DNA of 64,000 bases. Origin: Utricularia gibba. Taxonomy: Eukaryota > Plantae > Magnoliophyta. Under the pieces are notes generated by a model that was given only the letters and a program-made list of their open reading frames with translations, was not told the origin of the DNA and searched no databases. The translations under genes were made by a program, and so were the position numbers. Shown one piece after another: positions 57,094 through 64,000 of the stretch (position 1 is the first letter of the stretch; every line of letters begins with the position of its first letter). The DNA lies in NCBI GenBank assembly GCA_002189035.1, contig NEEC01000004.1, positions 3,968,001 through 4,032,000 of the forward strand. The letters run 5' to 3'.

Positions 57094-60000
57094 TATTATG
57101 CACACAGAGCTCATTCTTTTTCTTATCACACGGGACATTTTTATCATGCAGTTGATGTAAAATGTAAGGAAATTATGTGCACTTGAGAGACAATACTGAA
57201 ATAATCACCATCTGTGTTTTTTTTCATAGAGAAACTGCATTTCCTGAATTAACTGTGACTGACTTCCGATTTACAGAGCAAAACAAGGACCACAGCAAAC
57301 TCACAGCAGCAGAGAGATGTCTAACACTTGATTGAAAAACGTAATTGAACAATGTCCTGAAAACTAAGCGAGCCTGCGTTTTAACTACTGAGCGATTGTG
57401 CAGTTCCCATACACTGTTTTCTGTGCCCACAGTGAGAAGGAAGATCAGCGAGAAGGGCAGCATGGGAGCCAATCCACATCCTGCACACTGCACAAACACT
57501 GAACGCCAAGATCATCGGAGCTACAGCACAACGGCGCAAGCAGAGAATCCCACATGCCATTGATATGTAACTGTATGATGAAACTCACAAGTATAGCAAG
57601 TGTGTCCACTCAGCAAGGAAGAAGAAAGAATACAACTTTTTTCTTACATGAAAACCCAAGCAGTTTCCGATGGAAAAGGAAGTGAAGAGACTACTTCAGT
57701 TTTCCACTGGAAAGGAGTACTACTTTGCTCCTCCAGAAACTGCATCCACATAACAGAAAAAGTAAAAAAAAGGGAAGGAAGAAAACTACAATTCGGCACT
57801 TACGACACACTGATGCATGCATCGCTGCTTCCTGTTCATCCATCCAGATGGAATAAGCACCCGCAACCTGTTTGTTGCTGAAAACTTGTGCATCAATCCG
57901 GTCGCAGCATTGAATCATTCACCCCTCTCACTTTTGTGTATATGAAAAACAATCATCTTTATTGATAGTTGATAGTTCAGACATAACTTCTAGTTTTCCA
58001 TTTCCAGAGGACTCAAAACAATTTTATTGACTTCATCAACCAAAGAATTCTGAACAAAGATCCCACAAATATATTATCCAGAATTCTATTCCTAGAACTA
58101 CATATTTGTAATACAAAATTATCATAAAAATACTAAAGTATGTCATTCTTACTTTAAATATTATTAATTAACATAATTTTTTTTCGCATGATTGTACCGC
58201 AAATCATTCATGATGAAGATTAGATTAAATTAACAAATTAAAATTCAATCATGATTAGAACTATAATCAAGCTATATATTTTTTTATCAGTAATTTTTTT
58301 AAAATACAAAAGTTAGATATATCTAGCTATAGTTATAAAGTTGAAGAAAAGCTTATTTTATAGAATTTTCCAGAATTAGTTATCCATTTATATAAATTTA
58401 ACATTTACAAAACATTAATTACTCGTAATTGTATTCATTGGTATCTTATAAATTGTACTTTTTCAAATGATTCTGCTAAAGAACATCCAATTTGTTTAAA
58501 ACATTTTTCATTCTTTCGACTCCAACTAACCCAAAATGCAATATATGATATGTCCTTTACAACCTGGTTTTTCAATTAGTCTCAATCTTAAATGTCTGAA
58601 AAATTTAAAACATAGATATTTATAAGGGTTAGTCAATTGTCTCAGATACAATGTGATTAAGTTATCTAACTTCAACAACTTCACAAGAACTATCTCAATT
58701 AAATTAATATTATTTATATATAGCATTTGGTGAAATGAAAAAGTGTACACATTAAACCTTGTTTTTTTTCTTGCAAGTAAAATATCAAAAATGATTTTTT
58801 TTCTAGTAAAAATATGAGTGTCTTAATCACAATTTAAATTATAATTGAAGCATCCAAATCAATTTAGTATTTTTATTGTCAATAAACCATTAGTTATTTT
58901 CTCAAAATATCTAACATTATTGTGATTCCTAGTGGTATCCCACATCCTATTACATTTTAAATCTTCTGGTTGCAATTTAATTTCCAAAAGTTATTTTGTG
59001 TGTCATAGAAATAATAACAATATTTTAAGATAACAATACAATTTCCAATTATTGTTATTGTGTACCTCTTCCATAGAATATATTGTATCAATATCAAACT
59101 TTATCTACAAAAATGGTATAATTTACTGATATAATAGTTCATATTAAAATACTTTTTATCTGAGAATGAATAAGACATGATTTTTAGAGTCAATTACAAG
59201 TATTCTATCTTACAATTAAAAGTTTTAAAAGTGTGATGAGATGTACAAATAATTTTGAAAAAGAAATGACCTAAATTGATAATTTTGAAAATAAATGATA
59301 AGTTTTGCAATTTCTCAAAAATTATTTTTATATAGATAATCAACGCTCTTAATGAATTTGTCGTTAAACAAATTATTCTATACAAAACATTGTTTTCAAA
59401 TATTAGATGCATAGTCATCGTTCCACATTGTATATTTACTTTTATTTTCCAAAATATTTTTAAATAATAAAGATATCCCATCGACACACGTTTCATAATC
59501 TAATCATATTTACTAGTATTATTATTATTATTATTATTATAACCTTGGGATGAGTTATATTTTATAAATTTAAATGTGATAAATAAATTTAATTATAAAG
59601 AATATTTGATTTTAAATGAATGATTTTATATCTTATAATACTACTAATTTCTAATGTTTCACCTTCCCTCCCTTATTTTTTAATTATAAAAAAGGTTTAT
59701 TTTCATTTTTTTGTTAATGAATTTTTCGATTTAAAGAATTGAAGGAATAACAAAAATTTCAAATAAATAACATTTTTCTCAAACTAATTATTTGAATAGC
59801 GCGTATGAAATTTTTGGAAATCAATTCTGTTAATTTATAATACAGTGGGAACCAATTTTGACATTGTGCTTGAAACAGTGGGAACTAATTATGTCAAATT
59901 ATTTAAATAGTGAGAATTAACGGTACGTAATCCATGGGACTGATCTTACAAAACATCCATAGTGTAAGGACTAGTGGTAACGAGTGATGTCTAGCTTTTT

Positions 60001-60422
60001 CAGAAGCATTTTTTTTTTAAAAAAATGAGATTCTATGGTTTTTCAATTTTTAGATACTAAAATAGAATTGATTCGTATTTGATAACAATGCAATCTATTC
60101 CATATAGATCCTCAAAATAAAAAACCACTCTTTTTTTATTGTTTTTCATAAAAACTCAAATGAAGTTTTAAATTATATAAAATCAGTTTTTAATCAAACA
60201 TTCACTTGAAGTAAAAACACTCCTCAAAACCATTTGTTAAACTACCTACAAAAATGTTGCCTTAACAGATACATTTGAAAAAATCACTTTAGAATTGATT
60301 TTAATAGAATTGAAAATTCTGATAGAATAATAATTGATATATGTTTAGAAGTATTTAGAAATTTAATTATGCGTAAAAAAATTAGTCACGTATTTTAATA
60401 TAAGATATGAGAGAAATTGACA

Positions 60423-61098
60423 TTGACCATTGCGGCTTTCCCACTTGTAGTTTGGATTGGGCAGGAAGTGCAATGGGGTGGTTTGATGTGTGTTGAGCCT
60501 TGTTTTGGCAAGATATGAAACCAATTTGTAATATTTATTTATTTAAATTTGTGGCTTGAGTAATTCACGCGTGAGCTAATACTAATAGTAGCACTGACTG
60601 TTCATGGTGGCACCGAGTGAGCACGACTCTCCCTCCGGTCCGGTCAACTTACGCTAGCAGCGTCGTGGCGGTTGGTGCCTCCTCCACACCATTAAATGCG
60701 GAGAGCGTTGAAAGGGTTGAGTTGGTCAACCGTCTCCCGAGCCACGTGCTTCGGAGACCGGACAGACACGCGCATACCATAGCGTCCACTTCGGAATGAC
60801 TGGGGAGACATATTTTCTGATTTTATTATTCCGCCCCTCGGGAACCTCTTTATTACAGAAGGACCCCGTTCCGAACGCCACACCCGTGGGACGCTTGGTG
60901 GGGTGTACTCTCCGCATCGGTTGGCGTACGGGGTGTGTGAGGGAGGAAAAGGGACTGGCGACAGCAGGCCCTTGACTTTGAGCGCATCGCCATCTTGTGA
61001 ACAGAATACAGGGCCAGTAAATTGTCCTTTTCCCCATTGCATTGAAATCTTCAATCGCCGGATCTCAGCCGTTGGATCCAAAGACCTGTACTTTGACT
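60423..61098. promoter_or_regulatory. Five W-boxes upstream of the WRKY gene
   Basis: TTGACC at 60423, GGTCAA at 60642 and 60724, TTGACT at 60972 and 61093. Confidence 0.55.
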
Positions 61099-61234
61099 CG
61101 TCACCGGCTACCTGTCCGCCTGGTCATCCCCCCCCATCTCTATTATTATATGTGCCCCCCAGCCCTATGCGGTAGTTCATCCACCCAGTTGCAGACGGGG
61201 AGCAGCAGCACAGAAGTGGGTTTCTTTTTGGAAA

Positions 61235-62320
61235 ATGGCGCTGGACTTGCTGGGTTACCCTGATAGGAGTGATCGGATTGCGATTCAGGAAGAGGCGATG
61301 GCGGGGCTGAAGTCGATGGAGCATTTGATTCGTACGGTTTCTCATCAGAGCCAGGCTGGTGTTGATTGTAGGGAGATGGCGGATTTCACGGTTTCCAAGT
61401 TCAAGAAGGTGATTTCGATTCTTGATCGGACGGGCCACGCTCGGTTCCGCCGGGGCCCGGTTCAGTCGCCGGCTCCGGAGGTGAGACAGGTGCCGTCGTT
61501 GAATCTGAACCTGTCCCCGCCCTCTGAGGTACCGGAGACGACGACGACGACGCAGCGGTTGACTATTGATTTTACGAAACCTAGCGGTGGGGTTAGTAAA
61601 GAAGGGGTAGAGGTGAAGGGCAAGGAGTTGTTTAGTTTGTCCAGTTCTGGGAACTCGTCCTCGACGTTTGTCTCGACTATTACCGGCGAAGGAAGCGTTT
61701 CTAATGGGAAGGGCATGTTTTTAACCGTTGCGGCTCCGGCTGTTTCCGCCGGCAAGCCACCGCTCTCTGGTAAAAGGTGCCGCGAACATGACCTTTCTGA
61801 TAGCAAATCTTCCAGATGCCACTGCAAAAAAAGGTTCGTCTTCCCTTGGATTTGAGTCATAAATCCCCAAGCCCACTGCAAACAAGAAACCCTAGGCCTC
61901 CATCTTCATCTCTGATTTGACTCAATTTTTTCAGGAAATCGAAAGCACGAAGAACGATAAGAGTTCCCGCAATCAGCTCCAAAATCGCCGATATTCCTCA
62001 AGATGAATATTCCTGGAGAAAATACGGACAAAAGCCCATCAAAGGCTCTCCATATCCAAGGTAATAAACATTCCATCCACCAACACCCCCCGCCATAGCT
62101 GGCTTCATTTCCCCTAATTCTGAATCTCGATTTCTGTTTTATCAGGGGGTATTACAAGTGCAGCACAGTGAGAGGATGCCCGGCGAGGAAGCACGTAGAG
62201 AGGGCAACAGATGATCCGAAGATGTTGATAATTACTTACGAAGGCGACCACCGACATACACCAGACACTATTCCAGACGGCGGAGCTCCGCCGCAACTGG
62301 TGGTGTTCGAATCTTCTTGA
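61235..62320 (+). CDS. Group IId WRKY transcription factor (WRKY11/17-like), 3 exons
   Basis: CaM-binding [28 protein letters not shown], zinc cluster [30 protein letters not shown]...[10 protein letters not shown]...YEGDHRH; stop at 62318-62320. Confidence 0.96.
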
Positions 62321-64000
62321 GACTCCCGGGTTGTTGTGTAATTTCTGAACAGTTAGAAATTTGGTACTACCGAAATTGAAATTGTAGCGAAGCCTGATTT
62401 CTGGTGCCAGTCCATTAGCTTGCCTTTAATTTTAATTATAATTAATGAGGCTTAATCATTATTTAATATTATATTAAAGCATAGGATTTCTGATTTGGGG
62501 TGTAATTTTGATGCATGAGCATAGGATTCCTTTCTCTTTATTTGGAAAATAAAAAAACTGATATAAAAAAAGTCAAAAAGATTGGGCAACTGGAAAGAAA
62601 AGAGCGACTTACACGTCACTATCAGCGTGCTGGCTGTCTTTGACCACAACTGCCCGCTTTTACACCCATCTCATTTATTGTTTGTTGTATATGCGGCATT
62701 TTTTAACTACAAAAATGGCCACAATTAATATGGGTGTTAAATATCAAATCATCCAAATTTTATCATATTTTATTTTTTTTTTCACATTTTTCAGATTTTT
62801 ATTTATTTTATTAATTAAATAATAAAAAATATTTATATGAAATTAATGAAAAATAATTTCGATTGTTGTTATACCTTTGCTTCACCATGGAAATATGTTG
62901 TTATGAACACAAATTCATTTATATAAAAATTGTGGATTATATCATAATATTTTTTATTTGATAAATAAAGGTAATTCTAATATAATTTTCTAAATGTTTT
63001 TATAAAGATTATGGAATAATATTTATAATTAAAAATATAAAAAGTGGGATAGCCTGGAAACAAGTCTAAATTTTAATAATATTTTGATAATTTTTAAAAT
63101 AAAAAATTGTGAGCTTCTTGCTAGAGTGTGTTTTAAATTTTAGGATTGAATATAAATTTAATTCGATTTAATTCAAATCCATAATTATTACAGTAAAATT
63201 CAATAATTTTTATAAAAAATATTTTAGTTATTTAAAATATTAATTTTAATTATTTTTAATTTTAGTGAATGAAATCTGACATAAATTATTGTGAAAAAAA
63301 ATGATTTAAAACCTTGAGTAAATCAAAAAATACGGTAAACTTGAAGTGATGCAATTGGGCTTCGTTTGGGCCCTAGAAGATTCTAGATGTTGCGTCGAAA
63401 GCTGCCGTCGCGCCATAGGATGCCCTAATCGGAGAATGGAATGGAAAGATGAAAAGGATGCATTGGCGAGCCAAAACTTTCGGTCTTGCGAAGGTTCTTT
63501 CTGCTTTTTCCATAATAATTTCTTACTTCCTGCCCCTTTCTTATGGTTTTTGGTACGCTTTTTTTTTTCTTTTTCCGGAAGGTATTCTGTGAGCATCGCG
63601 CTCGTGTTGCCACAGGGAGTGCCGCAATTTGCGGGAAGAACAATCGAATAGGATGATGGAGTACGGGTACTGTGAGATCAAGCGCTAGGGGATGCCAAAT
63701 TCGATGTAGAATCATAAGCCAAGCATCTCAATTCCCAGTGATGCTGAGCATCATTAACCTATCATTCTAACCAACTGAGCGATGCCCCTTGCCCAATGCA
63801 GAATCCGGATACTTGCAATCATCGCTTGAAGTTCCATCCTCAGATTCCAATCCGGATACCCAGTCCGCTTTCTCAGGTGATAAGGCGGAAGCTGGGAATC
63901 GAGCTTCTGTCTCAGGTCAGGGTACCGCGGGAGATGATTCATTCAATTTAGATTTGGAATGGGTTCGAGTCAAAATCGCTATTTCGATTTCGCTTTAATT

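Noticed and set aside
57224-57918. Several 70-90 aa ORFs and a USE-like ATCCCACAT at 57548 followed by ATGATGA
   Set aside because: No protein motif, no TATA at the snRNA spacing, no D box and no miRNA match.
63300-64000. Possible start of a plus-strand gene (site II motifs near 63355-63375, ORF 63789-63998)
   Set aside because: The ORF has no in-frame ATG after the stop at 63768 and no recognisable domain; it is cut by the window edge, so it cannot be supported.

Overview
Gene-dense angiosperm nuclear window with spliceosomal introns and no prokaryotic features or CRISPR. Left to right: the 3' end of an unidentified ORF; a GC-rich 67-bp tandem array with a degenerate inverted arm; a MIR168 hairpin that the ORF track misses; a Tourist-type MITE; ROPGEF14; ALKBH8; a decayed RING-H2 E3 ligase pseudogene; SNU13 head-to-head with the 36-aa OST4 gene; an intronless unknown gene; RECQL2; a 6.1-kb composite, degenerate PIF/Harbinger element; an eIF4A-III / MOS2 / eIF4A-III triad whose second helicase copy is intact but strongly diverged; a DUF4602-like gene; RsmH/MraW; a DUF1218 gene; a full-length decayed CRM-clade Ty3/gypsy retrotransposon; a GH17+X8 beta-1,3-glucanase; and a group IId WRKY. 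Several otherwise intact genes carry 1-bp frameshifts, mostly in homopolymers, which probably are assembly errors. All identifications come from manual translation and recalled family motifs; no database search was run. The most interesting signals are the diverged eIF4A-III paralog, the ABRE/site-II-rich array upstream of MIR168, and the CRM element sitting among genes.
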